Positions 1 through 10,846 of a DNA stretch of 64,000 nt are shown in pieces. Origin of the DNA: Terriglobia bacterium (lineage in GTDB: Bacteria; Acidobacteriota; Terriglobia; 20CM-2-55-15); contig CBDAOY010000005.1 in assembly GCA_965198225.1 (NCBI GenBank), forward strand, positions 224,001 through 288,000, in the 5' to 3' direction. The translations under genes were made by a program, and so were the position numbers. The notes under the pieces were generated by a model. The model was not told where the DNA came from. It made no database searches and saw nothing but the letters and a program-made list of their open reading frames with translations. Each line of letters begins with the position of its first letter. The stretch's first letter is position 1.

Positions 1-15
1 GGGGACCGAGGCCCC

Positions 16-1230
16 TTACAGGAGCGCAACAACGCGGTCCAGGATCCGGTCCGCCATCTCCAGCTTCGACATCCGTGGCAGCTCTTCCCGGCCTCCATCG
101 GCATCGACGATACTGGCTTGATTACTATCACTGGCGAAAGCCGAATCGGGTCCCGATACTGAGTTCACGACAATCAGATCGAGGTTCTTCGACTTCAGCT
201 TATCCAAGCCGAATTCGAGGTGGCGCTCGGTTTCGGCGGCGAATCCGACCAGAACCTTGCCGTTCTTTTGCTTTCCGAGCTCGGTCAGGATGTCCGGTGT
301 CGGCTCGAAGACCACGTCGAGGCCGACGTCTTTCTTGATCTTCTGAGAAGCGACACTCTGAGGGCGGAAGTCCAACGGGGCTGCCGCCTTGACGACAACA
401 TCGGCGGTGTCAAAGTGCTCGACGACTGCATCGCGCATCTCCTGGGTCGTTCGAACCCTGATGGTTCCGGGAAAGTCGAGATCGGTCGGTCCCGATACGA
501 GGGTCACGGCGCCTCCACGGGCACGTGCCGCTTCGGCGATCGCAAACCCCATCCTGCCCGAGGAACGATTGCTGATGAAGCGAACCGGATCGATGTCCTC
601 AACAGTCGGGCCGGCTGTTACCAGTACTTTCCTGCCGGCAAGGTCGGGGGAGTGCGACAGCAATGTCGTCACGTAATCGACGATCCGGCTCACTTCCGCC
701 AGCCGACCCGGCCCTGAGGTGTGGCACGCCATCTGCCCGACGTCCGGATCGACGAAGCGAACGCCTCGACTGCGGAGTGTCGCGATGTTGTCCTGAACCG
801 AGGGGTGCTCCCACATGCGTGTGTTCATCGCGGGTGCAATGACGACGGGAGCCGTGACGGCAAGGTGGAAGGTGGTGAGGAAGTCGTCCGCGACACCAGC
901 GGCCATACGTGCGATACAGTTGGCCGTCCCAGGCGCCACCAGGAAGAGGTCGATCGATTGTGCGAGAAAGATGTGATCGAAAGGATCCGGCAAGCCGGTT
1001 TCGGACCGGGAGCCGTCGAATAGATCGAAGTATACCCGGTCGCCGGAGAGAGCTTCGAACGTCAGCGGGGTCACGAATCGGGCAGCGTTTCGAGTCATGA
1101 TCACGACAACGTCAAGACCTTCATCCTGAAGCCGTCTGAGGATTTCGGCAGCCTTATAGCAGGCGATTCCGCCGCTTACGCCCAGCGCAATCCTTCCCCT
1201 CTTCGCCCTCGATGACGTCGCCGCGCTCAA
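16..1230 (-). CDS. coaBC: Bifunctional phosphopantothenoylcysteine decarboxylase/synthase
   Basis: Motifs [36 protein letters not shown] and VGFAAET. The start was moved from the ORF-track value 1464 to the TTG at 1230, which has GGAGA upstream. Confidence 0.95.
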   Translation of the reverse strand: MSAATSSRAKRGRIALGVSGGIACYKAAEILRRLQDEGLDVVVIMTRNAARFVTPLTFEALSGDRVYFDLFDGSRSETGLPDPFDHIFLAQSIDLFLVAPGTANCIARMAAGVADDFLTTFHLAVTAPVVIAPAMNTRMWEHPSVQDNIATLRSRGVRFVDPDVGQMACHTSGPGRLAEVSRIVDYVTTLLSHSPDLAGRKVLVTAGPTVEDIDPVRFISNRSSGRMGFAIAEAARARGGAVTLVSGPTDLDFPGTIRVRTTQEMRDAVVEHFDTADVVVKAAAPLDFRPQSVASQKIKKDVGLDVVFEPTPDILTELGKQKNGKVLVGFAAETERHLEFGLDKLKSKNLDLIVVNSVSGPDSAFASDSNQASIVDADGGREELPRMSKLEMADRILDRVVALL

Positions 1231-1279
1231 TTTGTTCTCCCGCTGCGAACCGCCGCGACCGGACTTCGGTCGCCCGTGG

Positions 1280-1483
1280 TCATTTTTTCTGCAGTAAAAC
1301 CTCTGTCTCGGGAATCGTGAACTGCACCAGTCCCTCGAGCAGTTCCCGTTTGGCGATCTGCGTTGGTTTCTGTGCCATATCGCCGACCCTCGGTGCGCCC
1401 CCGCCCTGGATTTGTCGAGCTCGAAGCGCTGAAACGATGACAAAACGGTATTTACTGTCGACATTGTCAGGTATCTTGATCAA
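1280..1483 (-). CDS. rpoZ: RNA polymerase omega subunit
   Basis: SKYRFVIVSALRARQI...KPTQIA; conserved gmk-rpoZ-coaBC order. Confidence 0.9.
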   Translation of the reverse strand: MIKIPDNVDSKYRFVIVSALRARQIQGGGAPRVGDMAQKPTQIAKRELLEGLVQFTIPETEVLLQKK

Positions 1484-2097
1484 TCTAAGCCTCCAAAAGT
1501 CGCGATGATTTGATGAATACGGTCGGCTTCGCCCGGCGGCGGAGCGGCGCCTGCACGCACGATGGCATCCAGCTGCGGTATCGCTTCATCCAGCTTGTCG
1601 TTGACGACGACATGGTCGTAGTCGCGGTAACACGATATTTCACTCTTCGCGATCGCGAGCCGTTTTCGGATCGTCTCTTCATCCTCGAGCCGGCGGGAAC
1701 GGAGCCGGCGTTCCAGTTCGTCGAAGGACGGCGGCATCAGGAAAACCGTCACCGCACCCGACATCGCCGACTTCACCTGCCGGGCACCCTGGACGTCGAT
1801 GTCCAGGATTACGTTCCTGCCTGCTGCGAGGTTGTCCTCCACAAACTTCCGCGAAGTTCCGTACAGGTTCCCGTGATACTCCGCCCACTCCAGAAAGTCT
1901 CCGCCTTCGACCATCGCCTTGAACTCCGCCCTGTCGACGAAGAAATAATCGACGTGGTTGGCTTCGCCCGCACGCGGGGACCGCGTCGTGTAGGAGACCG
2001 AGAACGTCAGATCTTCGAAGTTTCGTATGAGGTGCTGGACTAAAGTGGTCTTCCCGGAGCCAGAAGGAGCCGAAACAATGTACAAGTTTCCGCGCAA
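1480..2097 (-). CDS. gmk: Guanylate kinase
   Basis: SAPSGSGKTT P-loop, SYTTRSPR, GNLYGT, LDIDVQG. Confidence 0.96.
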   Translation of the reverse strand: MRGNLYIVSAPSGSGKTTLVQHLIRNFEDLTFSVSYTTRSPRAGEANHVDYFFVDRAEFKAMVEGGDFLEWAEYHGNLYGTSRKFVEDNLAAGRNVILDIDVQGARQVKSAMSGAVTVFLMPPSFDELERRLRSRRLEDEETIRKRLAIAKSEISCYRDYDHVVVNDKLDEAIPQLDAIVRAGAAPPPGEADRIHQIIATFGGLD

Positions 2098-2103
2098 TCC
2101 TTC

Positions 2104-2109
2104 ATTATA
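2104..2109 (-). promoter_or_regulatory. -10 box (TATAAT) 6 nt upstream of the gmk start
   Basis: Perfect TATAAT on the minus strand, 6 nt before the TTG start. Confidence 0.5.
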
Positions 2110-2124
2110 GCGTAAGACGTGGGG

Positions 2125-2190
2125 CCAGTCGTCAGTTGTCAGTTACATCGCCCTACCGCGACTGACTACCGACTACTACCTACTGACTAC
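2125..2190. repeat. Heptamer-periodic inverted repeat (GTCAGTT / CTGACTA units)
   Basis: cagtcgtcagttgtcagtt...actgactaccgactactacctactgacta; a related arm lies at 13673-13698. Confidence 0.6.
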
Positions 2191-3089
2191 TATTCGATAT
2201 TCTGCACCTGCTCCCGGAGCTTGTCGATTTCCACTTTTATTTCGATCGCCGCCTCCCCGATCCGGATCCCTGCATGATTCAGCCCCGAAGTCTTGGACAG
2301 TATCGTCGTCACTTCGCGGTTCATCTCCTGTAGCAGGAAATCCATCCGCTTGCCCGTCTCTTCGTCGCGTGTCTTCAAGTCTCCGAACTGTTTCAGGTGG
2401 CTCTCCAGACGGGTCGTTTCCTCGGCGATATCGCTCTTCTCGGCGTAGAACAGCGCTTCGACCTCGAGCCGGTTGCTGTCGACCTTCAGGTCCGGGGCGA
2501 GTTCCGCCGCCCGGGTCAGGAGCGATTCCCTGTGATGCTGCAACAGGGCATCGGCCCCATTTTCGATTGTTTCCAGATTCGTGCGGATCTTTCCGATCCT
2601 GTTATCCAGATCCCGGAGGAGTGACGCACCTTCCTTCATCCGCATCTCTTTGACTTGCTGCAACGCAGCCAGCGTGGCCTCCTCAAGGTGACCCGAAACC
2701 TTGCTCATCTCCTCTGCCGTCAAGTTCTCATTCGACACGGTGATCGCCCCAGGCAGTTTTGAGATCGATTCCAGCGTCAACCCGCCTTCGATCGGATGCT
2801 TCGCCCGCAGTTCGTCCATCAGCTCGACGTAGGAAGAAATCAGGGCCGGGTTGGTTTCCATTCGGATCTTCTCGCGCGTCAGTCCGATCTTGACGAACAG
2901 GTCCACACGACCCCGCCGCAGGGTGTCGGACACTGCTTTTCGAACGACTCCCTCCAAACTCTGAAACTCAGACGGGAGCCGCACGTGGACATCCAGGTAA
3001 CGGTGGTTGACTGTCTTGGCTTCCACCGAAACGGCCAGGTTCGGCGCTTCGATTCGCCCTGAGCCAAAGCCGGTCATGCTGTATATCAT
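2190..3089 (-). CDS. yicC: YicC/YloC family endoribonuclease
   Basis: SMTGFG N-terminus, VNHRYLD, GKRMDFLLQEMNRE, REQVQNIE. Confidence 0.95.
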   Translation of the reverse strand: MIYSMTGFGSGRIEAPNLAVSVEAKTVNHRYLDVHVRLPSEFQSLEGVVRKAVSDTLRRGRVDLFVKIGLTREKIRMETNPALISSYVELMDELRAKHPIEGGLTLESISKLPGAITVSNENLTAEEMSKVSGHLEEATLAALQQVKEMRMKEGASLLRDLDNRIGKIRTNLETIENGADALLQHHRESLLTRAAELAPDLKVDSNRLEVEALFYAEKSDIAEETTRLESHLKQFGDLKTRDEETGKRMDFLLQEMNREVTTILSKTSGLNHAGIRIGEAAIEIKVEIDKLREQVQNIE

Positions 3090-3105
3090 ATCGATTTCAC
3101 CCGTT

Positions 3106-3239
3106 ATCTACGGATTACGGAAAAGAACTGCCACGGATTACACAGATTACACGGAGAAAGAAGAATACTTGGGTACTATCGGAAAGATCACCCCAAATCC
3201 GCTAATCCGTGGCTGAACCTCCCCGTGCAATCCGAGGAT
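3106..3239. repeat. Palindromic repeat family B (GCCACGGATT[A/G]CACGGAT arms), solo copy
   Basis: gccacggattacacagattacacgg ... atccgctaatccgtggct; same arms as 21645, 45051, 46408 and 47840. Confidence 0.8.
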
Positions 3240-3243
3240 CGTC

Positions 3244-5049
3244 TTACCCCCGCTCTTCCAGCGTCTTGGTCACGTCCTGAAACTGGAGGTTGTGGAGCTT
3301 CCAGTAGAGTCCACGGCGGAGGATGAGCTCTTCGTGAGTGCCATCCTCGACGATACGTCCGTCCGAAAGCGCGAGGATACGGTCGGCTCGACGGACCGTG
3401 GACAGCCGGTGTGCGATGACGATGGTCGTGCGGCCCGCCATCAAGTTCTCGAGAGCCTGCTGGACCAGAGACTCCGACTCCGTATCCAGGGAGGAAGTCG
3501 CTTCGTCCAGGATCAGGATCGGAGCATTCTTCAGGAGGGCCCGGGCGATGGAGATTCGCTGGCGCTCCCCGCCCGAGAGTCGCAATCCACGCTCTCCGAT
3601 CACGGTCTCGTAACCTTCTGGCAGGCTGCAAACAAAATCGTCGACCAGGGCAGCGCGAGCAGCGGCGTGGACAGCGCGGTCATCAGCATCGGGATTCCCA
3701 TATGCGATGTTGGTTCGAATCGTGTCGTTGAAAAGGATCACGTCCTGCGTGACCATCGCGATGCTGAGCCGAAGAGACCGCAGCTTGAAGTCACGGATGT
3801 CGATTCCGTCGATCTCCACACGGCCTCCTGTCACGTCGTAGAAACGTGGGAGCAGGTTGACGAGGGTCGTCTTTCCCACACCGCTGGAACCGACCAGAGC
3901 CAGCACTTCCCCCCGCGGCAGCGAAAACGAAATGCCGTCCAGTGTCGGGTCGACCCCGTCGTAAGAAAAACGCACGTTCATGAAGTCGATGCTCTGCCGA
4001 AACTGATCGAGGTCCACCGAGCCGGGGTCCGACTCCCGCTCCGATGCCATGATCTTGAACAGTTGGCCTGAAGCGCCAATCGCCTGCTGGAAGGAGTTGT
4101 TGATCCCGCTCATTCGGCGGATCGGGTCATACAGTTTGATGAGGGCAATGACAAAAGCCGCGAACAACCCGACGGTCATTCGGCCAGCCTGGATCTCGTT
4201 ACGTGCGTACACGAGAAGCGCGACAACCACGAAGATTCCGAGGATCTCCATCAGGGGAGAAGACAGGGCATGGGTCATTCTCTGGCGCAGGTTCAGCCGG
4301 AATATTCGGTCGGCGACGGATCGGAACTTGCCCAACTCCGTCCCTTCCATCGTGAAGATCTTGACGATACGGTTGCCCGAGAGGGTCTCGAAGAGGATGT
4401 TCGCCATACCGGCCATTTCCTCCTGGTTCGAACGACTCAGATTCCGGAGCCGACGTCCAAACCAGAGCGTGGGATAGAAGACCAGGGGCACAAGCGCGAG
4501 AGACATGATTGCCAGCTTCCAGTCGATCACGAACACGGCAAGCAGCAGGGCCAAGAGGATCGCGCTCTGTTTGAGAAACTCCGCCAGCGTCTCGGAAACC
4601 GCAATCTGGACCTTTTCGACATCGGCGGACACCCGTGAGATCAACCCGCCTGTGGGATGGTTCGTGAAGAACCCGAGAGGTTGAAAGACGATCGATCGAT
4701 ACAGGTCGACCCTCAAGTCGCGTACGACTGACTGGCCCAGGAAGGCCGTCGAAGCAATCCCCCCGTACTCGGCCGTGGCCTTCAAGATCGTCGACACGAC
4801 GAGCGCTACCAGAATCCACACGCCATATTCCGCCGGGACATCGAGAGTGATGTCGTCAAAGAAGGGGATGTCCAGCGTCGGCGCGGCAGACTGCTCCAGC
4901 ACGGTATCGAAGACGAGCCCGATCAGGAACGGGGAGATCGCTTCGAGGACGCCCACGACGATGGCGAGCAGCAGAGACAGAACCAGCGCCCAGGTGTAGG
5001 GGCGGATGTAACCCCGGAACCGGTCCGCATTGGACTCAGGTTCCTTCAC
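3244..5049 (-). CDS. ABC exporter, fused permease/ATPase, MsbA-like
   Basis: Multi-TM N-terminal domain; GSSGVGKTT, LSGGERQR, ILILDEATS. Confidence 0.9.
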   Translation of the reverse strand: MKEPESNADRFRGYIRPYTWALVLSLLLAIVVGVLEAISPFLIGLVFDTVLEQSAAPTLDIPFFDDITLDVPAEYGVWILVALVVSTILKATAEYGGIASTAFLGQSVVRDLRVDLYRSIVFQPLGFFTNHPTGGLISRVSADVEKVQIAVSETLAEFLKQSAILLALLLAVFVIDWKLAIMSLALVPLVFYPTLWFGRRLRNLSRSNQEEMAGMANILFETLSGNRIVKIFTMEGTELGKFRSVADRIFRLNLRQRMTHALSSPLMEILGIFVVVALLVYARNEIQAGRMTVGLFAAFVIALIKLYDPIRRMSGINNSFQQAIGASGQLFKIMASERESDPGSVDLDQFRQSIDFMNVRFSYDGVDPTLDGISFSLPRGEVLALVGSSGVGKTTLVNLLPRFYDVTGGRVEIDGIDIRDFKLRSLRLSIAMVTQDVILFNDTIRTNIAYGNPDADDRAVHAAARAALVDDFVCSLPEGYETVIGERGLRLSGGERQRISIARALLKNAPILILDEATSSLDTESESLVQQALENLMAGRTTIVIAHRLSTVRRADRILALSDGRIVEDGTHEELILRRGLYWKLHNLQFQDVTKTLEERG

Positions 5050-6767
5050 TGGTCTGCCAGTACCGAACGGACGTGCTGTTCGATCTTGGTGTAGCTCCTC
5101 ATCTTCATCAGATCTTCGGTCATCTCCCGCAATTCGGCGATCGACACGGAGCGAATCATCCTCTTGATCCTCGAGTACGCTCCGAGGTTCACCGACAGTG
5201 CTGTAAACCCCAGCCCGAGCAGCACAGCGGCCGACATCGGGTCGGCTGCCAGCTCGCCGCAGACCACAATGGGTTTACCCGTCGGTGCAACCAGCTCCTG
5301 GACTAGCCGGAGAAGACGGAGCACCGCCGGTTGGTACGGACTATAGAGCTGAAAACCGGAACGATCCGTGCGGTCGATGGCGAGACAGTACTGGATCAGG
5401 TCGTTCGTACCCAGACAGAAGAAATCCACCTGAGATGCCATCAGGTCGCAGGTATGCGCGGCGGCCGGAGTCTCGATCATGACGCCGACGGGCACGGTCT
5501 CGTCAAACGGGACCCCTCCTCGTGTCAATCGGCGGCGAACGTCGGCGATGATGTCCATTCCCGCGCTCAGTTCATCCAGCGTGGACACGAATGGAAGCAC
5601 GATCCGGGCCTGGCCGCGCGGGGAGGCGCGGTAAATCGCCCGCAGCTGAGTGCGGAAGACGTCCCGGTTTTCCAGGCAGAAACGCAGCCCACGGAGTCCG
5701 CTGTCGGGGCTCATTCCGTCGCCCCTGCCGTCCCGGAGTCCGACGTCGATCGTCCGGAAGTTGATCGGCAGGGCCTGTGCTTTCGAGAGCAGGTAAGAAT
5801 AGTCCTCGACGAGCCGGTCCTCTTCCGGCTCCTTCGCATCCCGAAAGAACTCGAACTCGGTCCGGTAGAGCCCGATCGCCTCACAGTCCTTGGCCACAAC
5901 CGTCTTTATCTCTTCCTTGAAGTTGATATTCGCGCCCAGCAGGACGGAAATGCGATCCTTGGTCACACATGGTGCGTGGATGGCGCGTGCGAGCCGGCGC
6001 TGCGACTTCTTGACTTCCTGTTCCCGTCTTCGATAGCGCTCGAGTGTTTCGTCGGATGGGGCGCGGATGACAACCCCTTCGTCACCATCGACGATGATCA
6101 GTTCGCCGGAGATCAACCCCGGCAGCACATCGGCGACGCCCATCACAGCTGGCACTCCGATCGAACGCGCCATGATGGCCGTGTGTGACAGGGGGCTGCC
6201 CGTCTCCGTCACAAGGCCGACGAGACGGGACGACTTCAGTTCGATCAGCGTCGAAGGGGGGGTCGTCTTCCCGACGAGGATGGAGTGGTATCGGAGCGAC
6301 CGGAAAGTCGGAGGCTGGTAGGAACGCAGGTTGACCAGCAACCGCCGAACGATGTCTTCCAGGTCTCCGCGACGCTCGCGCAGGTATTCATCGTGGACAC
6401 GATCGTAGGCCTCGAGAATCGTCCCGCTGACACTCTGGATCGCCCATTCGGCGTTGATCTGCTCCTTCTCGATCTTCTTGACGATCCGGTCGATGAAGAT
6501 CCGGTCCTCCAGAATCATCAGGTGAGCATCGATCAGGGTCGTCGAGTCCCCGCCTCGCGAACGCTCCAGCCGCGTCTGCATCTTCTGCAGTTGGGCCCTG
6601 GACTTCTCCACGGAGCGGAGGAAGCTCTGGATCTGACGGGGAACCTGCTCGGGCTTCAGCGAATAGTTGAGCGTCACCAATTCGGGATCCCACGCCGTGA
6701 CGGCGTGACCGAACGCGATGCCCGGAGACGCTGCTACCCCTTTCAGTTTGCGCTCGACTATGCTCAT
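5046..6767 (-). CDS. ptsI: PEP-protein phosphotransferase (PTS enzyme I)
   Basis: SHTAIMARS phospho-His motif, GLYRTE, MIETP, GTNDLIQY, VCGELA. Confidence 0.94.
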   Translation of the reverse strand: MSIVERKLKGVAASPGIAFGHAVTAWDPELVTLNYSLKPEQVPRQIQSFLRSVEKSRAQLQKMQTRLERSRGGDSTTLIDAHLMILEDRIFIDRIVKKIEKEQINAEWAIQSVSGTILEAYDRVHDEYLRERRGDLEDIVRRLLVNLRSYQPPTFRSLRYHSILVGKTTPPSTLIELKSSRLVGLVTETGSPLSHTAIMARSIGVPAVMGVADVLPGLISGELIIVDGDEGVVIRAPSDETLERYRRREQEVKKSQRRLARAIHAPCVTKDRISVLLGANINFKEEIKTVVAKDCEAIGLYRTEFEFFRDAKEPEEDRLVEDYSYLLSKAQALPINFRTIDVGLRDGRGDGMSPDSGLRGLRFCLENRDVFRTQLRAIYRASPRGQARIVLPFVSTLDELSAGMDIIADVRRRLTRGGVPFDETVPVGVMIETPAAAHTCDLMASQVDFFCLGTNDLIQYCLAIDRTDRSGFQLYSPYQPAVLRLLRLVQELVAPTGKPIVVCGELAADPMSAAVLLGLGFTALSVNLGAYSRIKRMIRSVSIAELREMTEDLMKMRSYTKIEQHVRSVLADQ

Positions 6768-6810
6768 TGAACTCGAAGTCGCCGCGACGAGAAGCCCTCA
6801 GGTGACGGGT

Positions 6811-7077
6811 TCACCGGCTCGCCAGGTACTGACACACGGCGTCCACGGCCTCCTCTTCATCGTCTCCCTCGGCACGAACCTGAACCCGGGTTCCCTGGCC
6901 CGCAGCCAGTAGAAGAATGCCCAGTATGCTTCGGGCGTCGGCTTCTACGTCGCTGCCAGCGTCTGCCCTGGACAGGCTGATCTCCGAGGAGAAGCTCTCG
7001 CTCAGCCGCACAAGTCGCGCAGAGGCCCGCGCATGCAGGCCCAGGCGGTGCCCGATAACGACTTCTCTTGATGTCAT
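6811..7077 (-). CDS. ptsH: HPr phosphocarrier protein
   Basis: GLHARAS (His15) and DARSILG (Ser46) motifs. The start was placed at ATG 7077, overlapping the EIIA stop. Confidence 0.92.
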   Translation of the reverse strand: MTSREVVIGHRLGLHARASARLVRLSESFSSEISLSRADAGSDVEADARSILGILLLAAGQGTRVQVRAEGDDEEEAVDAVCQYLASR

Positions 7078-7478
7078 GATTTGGGCGAGAGCAAATCGCT
7101 GGCGATGTGGATATTGTCCTGGCCGGTCTCTCGTACCAGTTTCGCTGCCGTCGCCAAGTCGTCTTCGGGGCCGAGTTGAGTCAGCTTGATCAGCATCGGC
7201 AGGTTGACACCGGTGACGATTTCGATGGCCCCCTGGTCGAGGAAGGTCGAGGCGATATTGGTCGGCGTTCCCCCAAACATGTCGGTCAGAATCAAGACGC
7301 CGGAACTCGAGTCCACGCGTTTGATCGCCTTCTCGACCATATCGGAAGCCATGTCCACGTCGTCGTGCCAACCGATCGATACCGCCGCGATGTTCTGGAT
7401 GTCGCCGACAATGGCCTCGGCGGCGTTCAACAGCTCCACCGCAAGCCTGCCGTGAGTCACTATGAGACCGCCAATCAT
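7074..7478 (-). CDS. PTS EIIA component, mannose/fructose family
   Basis: IVTHG, LTDMFGGTP, GVNLPML. Confidence 0.93.
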   Translation of the reverse strand: MIGGLIVTHGRLAVELLNAAEAIVGDIQNIAAVSIGWHDDVDMASDMVEKAIKRVDSSSGVLILTDMFGGTPTNIASTFLDQGAIEIVTGVNLPMLIKLTQLGPEDDLATAAKLVRETGQDNIHIASDLLSPKS

Positions 7479-7655
7479 GCTCGCTCCCTGTCGCAGAATT
7501 TTATCACGCAGGCTGTTGGGACGTAGACCGTAGGCCGTACCCGGTGTCCAACTGATTGCTGACAACCCACTACTTCTATATGCCGGTCACAGGCGAATCC
7601 AACGTCCGTGTCGCGCGAAGCGCGACTAACGTTCAGCGGCCTACGGCCTACGTCT

Positions 7656-8521
7656 TCACCTCTTCTCCACATCCCGGTGGATCACCTTGATTCGGACCGC
7701 CGAATCCGCAAGAGCCTCTGCGATCGAGTTGACCATCATCACCGAGCGGTGGCGCCCCCCCGTACAGCCTATTGCGATCGTCAGGTACGCCTTGCCTTCC
7801 CTGTCGAACTCCGGCAGCAGGAAATCAGCATCGATTGAAGGCGTACGAGAAAGTCCATCGCGACTCTATGCGAGCGGATGTACTTGATGACGGGTTCGTC
7901 AGATCCCGTAAGCTGCTTCAACTCTGGCACGAAATACGGATTCGGAAGAAAGCGAACGTCGAAAACCAGATCCGAATCGACCGGAATCCCGTGCTTATAC
8001 CCGAAGCTGACCAGGCTCAACAGCAGACCTGCGGACTCCTGCTCATCGAACAGGCGATCAGTGTACTTCCGCAGGTCGTGGATCGAGAAATGGGAGGTGT
8101 CGACGATATGATCCGACATTTCCCGGATGGGGCGCAGCCGCTCCCTCTCCATCTGGATCGCTTCCCGTACAGGCCGTGTCGAATCGAGAGGATGGGGCCG
8201 CCGGGTCTCGCTGAAACGCCGGATCAGCGCGTCGTCGGAAGCTTCGAGAAAATAGAGCGACGCATCAAGGCTGTGCGCTTCCTTGAGCTCCTCAAATAGC
8301 CGGGGGAACTCGCCCAGAGCTGCACCCTCCCGCACGTCCACGACCAGCGCGGCGCGGCGGAAGTTTCCCTCGGCCTTCACCACCAGCTCGGAGAACTTGC
8401 CCAACAGCCCCACCGGCAGGTTGTCGACGCAGAAATAACCCCGATCTTCCAGCGCGCGAAGGAAGGTTCCTTTGCCGGAGCCGCTGGGACCTGTGATGAC
8501 GATGAGAGGTGAGGCTTTCAT
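7656..8521 (-). CDS. rapZ: RNase adapter RapZ (YvcJ), with an apparent 1-nt deletion near 7826
   Basis: ITGPSGSGK, CVDNLP, SFGYKHG, DVRFLPNP. The C-terminal IAIGCTGGRHRSV...HRD continues in another frame to a stop at 7656. Confidence 0.9.
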
Positions 8522-8565
8522 GGCGATGGTCGCCGAAGCCCGGTTGAGATAATCTTCGCTGCCGG

Positions 8566-9108
8566 CTATTGCTCCGGTTCAATCCAGCCGATGTTGCCGT
8601 CCTTGCGCTTGTAGACGACGTTCAGACGATCGGTCTTTGAGTTTCTGAAAGCGAGAAAACCGTGGCCGGAACCACTGATTCGCGTCGCCGCTTCGTCGAT
8701 GCTGAGCGGCTTCACCTCGGCACCGTCCGTTCGGATTACTTCAGGAATCTGTTCGGCAAGCTCAGGTTCGATCTCGGTCACAGAATCCGCCGCGATGACT
8801 CGGGGACTCACCGCGTGACGTCGGCGATCAACATAACGCTTCTTTGACTTGAGGACCTGCTTCTCCATCTTGTCCAGGGCCGAGGCAATGGACGTGTACA
8901 TATCGGTGGACTCGTCCGTGGAATTATGAAAACCGTTTCGCGTCTTGAGGTTAACCTCCGCGATATGCCGCTGATGTTTCTCTGCGGTAAGGATGAAGTG
9001 AACTTCTATCATTTCGTCGACGGCCGGCAGCCGATCCAGCCGATCGAGAGCAAACTTCCGGATGGGCTCGGTAACGTCGATGTGACGCCCTGTAAACTCC
9101 ACTCTCAC
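8566..9108 (-). CDS. hpf: Ribosome hibernation promoting factor (long HPF/RaiA)
   Basis: TGRHIDVT, DMYTSI, C-terminal NVVYKRKDGNIGWI; lies downstream of rpoN. Confidence 0.92.
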   Translation of the reverse strand: MRVEFTGRHIDVTEPIRKFALDRLDRLPAVDEMIEVHFILTAEKHQRHIAEVNLKTRNGFHNSTDESTDMYTSIASALDKMEKQVLKSKKRYVDRRRHAVSPRVIAADSVTEIEPELAEQIPEVIRTDGAEVKPLSIDEAATRISGSGHGFLAFRNSKTDRLNVVYKRKDGNIGWIEPEQ

Positions 9109-9214
9109 GAGAGTACCTCCATGTTTGTGGGCCCTCTGTGTTCAGCTTTCGGCTCCAGACGACCCTCTCGTTCCACGGGGGCTGAGAGCTGAACGCTGAC
9201 AGCCGATCGCTTCT

Positions 9215-10762
9215 TCACAGCCTTTCCCGACGCTGGTGCGTGCTGGGAATCTTCAGGTCTTCGCGGTACTTGGTGATACTGCGGCGAGTGACCGAAATGC
9301 CATCGTCTTTCAGCAGAGTGGCAACCTTCTCGTCGGTCAAAGGCTTACGTGGATCTTCGTTGTCGATCAGACGTTTGACCTTCAGTTTGACAAGAGTCAG
9401 CGAGGTTCCGCCGTAGGTTCCGCTGACAGCTTCGGAGAAGAAGAATCGCAGCTCGTGGACGCCCTGGGGAGTGTGGGCAAACTTGTTTGCGACTGCACGG
9501 CTGACCGTAGAGGGATGAACGCCGACCTCTTCGGCAACTTCCTTGATCATCATCGGCTTGAGCGCGTCGATCCCCACGTCCAGGAACGGCGTCTGTCGGC
9601 GGATGATCGCTTCGCAGACCTTGACGATGATGTTCTTCCGCTGCTCGATATTCTTCAGCAACTGAACGGCCGACTTGAAGCAGTCCTTGACGTAGTTGCG
9701 AACTTCTTTGGTTGCTTTGCCCTTCTCCAGCATCCGGCGGTAGGTCTGGCTCAGCCGGAGTTGAGGCACTTCGTCTTCATTGGTTACGACGGTGTACTGA
9801 TCACCCACCTTCACGATAAACACGTCGGGTTCGATGTGGCGGGCCGCGAGCTGGTTGTACTTCTGCCCAGGGCGGGGATCCAGATGCTTGATGATCTCGA
9901 CGGCCCCGAGCACCTCGGGCAACGGACAGCGCAATGCCTTGGCGATCTCCTTGTACTGCCGGTTCTGCAGCTTGCGAAGATGGTCGGTCACGATCTCCAT
10001 CGAGATGGGGCTGTCCTCCTCGAGCAAGGCAAGTTGTATCAGAAGACATTCACGCAGGTCACGCGCGGCAACGCCCTGGGGATCGAAACCCTGGACCGTC
10101 AGCAAAGCGCTCTCGACAACCCCCATTGAATGGCCGCCCGAGGAGGCAATCTCATCCAGCGAGAGCGGGATCTCCCGGTCCTTGTCGCTGACCGCCGCAA
10201 GGTAGCCATCGGCGTTGAGGTTACCGATGATGGAACGACAGGCTTCCCGAATCTCCTCGTCCATTATGACCATACCGAGTTGCCATTCGAGGTGGTCGGT
10301 CAGGTTGGACGGCCGGGCGAGGAAGTTCTCGAAAGAAGGCTTCTCGAACACCTCGGTTTCACGCGGACGCGATGCGCCGTCGTTCAGGTACTTTTCGAAC
10401 TCCTGCAGGTCGAAGTCACGAAACTCATCCTCCTCGGCGGGCGGATCCGGTTCGGGTTTCTCGGGGGTCGGTTCGTCGTTCTCTCCGCTGCGCTGATTGA
10501 GCAGCTCGTACGCCTCGTCTGTCCGGTCGGCTTCCGTCCCCTCCGACTCTGCGTCCGCAGGCTTCTGGTCGGTTTCTTCCTCGGCCGATTCGACAATTTC
10601 GGTGGCCTCCTCGAGCACGGGGTTCTCGACGAGTTCGGCAGAGATCATGTCCTGTAGTTCGAGCTTGTTCAGGGCCAGGAGGCTGACCATCTGGACGAGA
10701 CCCGGGGTCAGTACCGTTTTCTGGGTGGGCTTGATGACAAGCCTGTGCTCTAAGAATGCCAT
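9215..10762 (-). CDS. rpoN: RNA polymerase sigma-54 factor
   Basis: ENPVLE, GVAARDLRECL, HPSTVSRA HTH, RpoN box variant RRSITKYRE. Confidence 0.96.
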   Translation of the reverse strand: MAFLEHRLVIKPTQKTVLTPGLVQMVSLLALNKLELQDMISAELVENPVLEEATEIVESAEEETDQKPADAESEGTEADRTDEAYELLNQRSGENDEPTPEKPEPDPPAEEDEFRDFDLQEFEKYLNDGASRPRETEVFEKPSFENFLARPSNLTDHLEWQLGMVIMDEEIREACRSIIGNLNADGYLAAVSDKDREIPLSLDEIASSGGHSMGVVESALLTVQGFDPQGVAARDLRECLLIQLALLEEDSPISMEIVTDHLRKLQNRQYKEIAKALRCPLPEVLGAVEIIKHLDPRPGQKYNQLAARHIEPDVFIVKVGDQYTVVTNEDEVPQLRLSQTYRRMLEKGKATKEVRNYVKDCFKSAVQLLKNIEQRKNIIVKVCEAIIRRQTPFLDVGIDALKPMMIKEVAEEVGVHPSTVSRAVANKFAHTPQGVHELRFFFSEAVSGTYGGTSLTLVKLKVKRLIDNEDPRKPLTDEKVATLLKDDGISVTRRSITKYREDLKIPSTHQRRERL

Positions 10763-10846
10763 GTTCAGCGCGGACCGAATCCCCTGAGGTTCATAGCAAG
10801 AACCCTACCAAATCCCCGAAGGGACGCAAGAAATGCATATGCAAAT

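Noticed and set aside
1231-1464. N-terminal extension of the CoaBC ORF
   Set aside because: It overlaps rpoZ in another frame; the TTG at 1230 has an SD and gives normal length.
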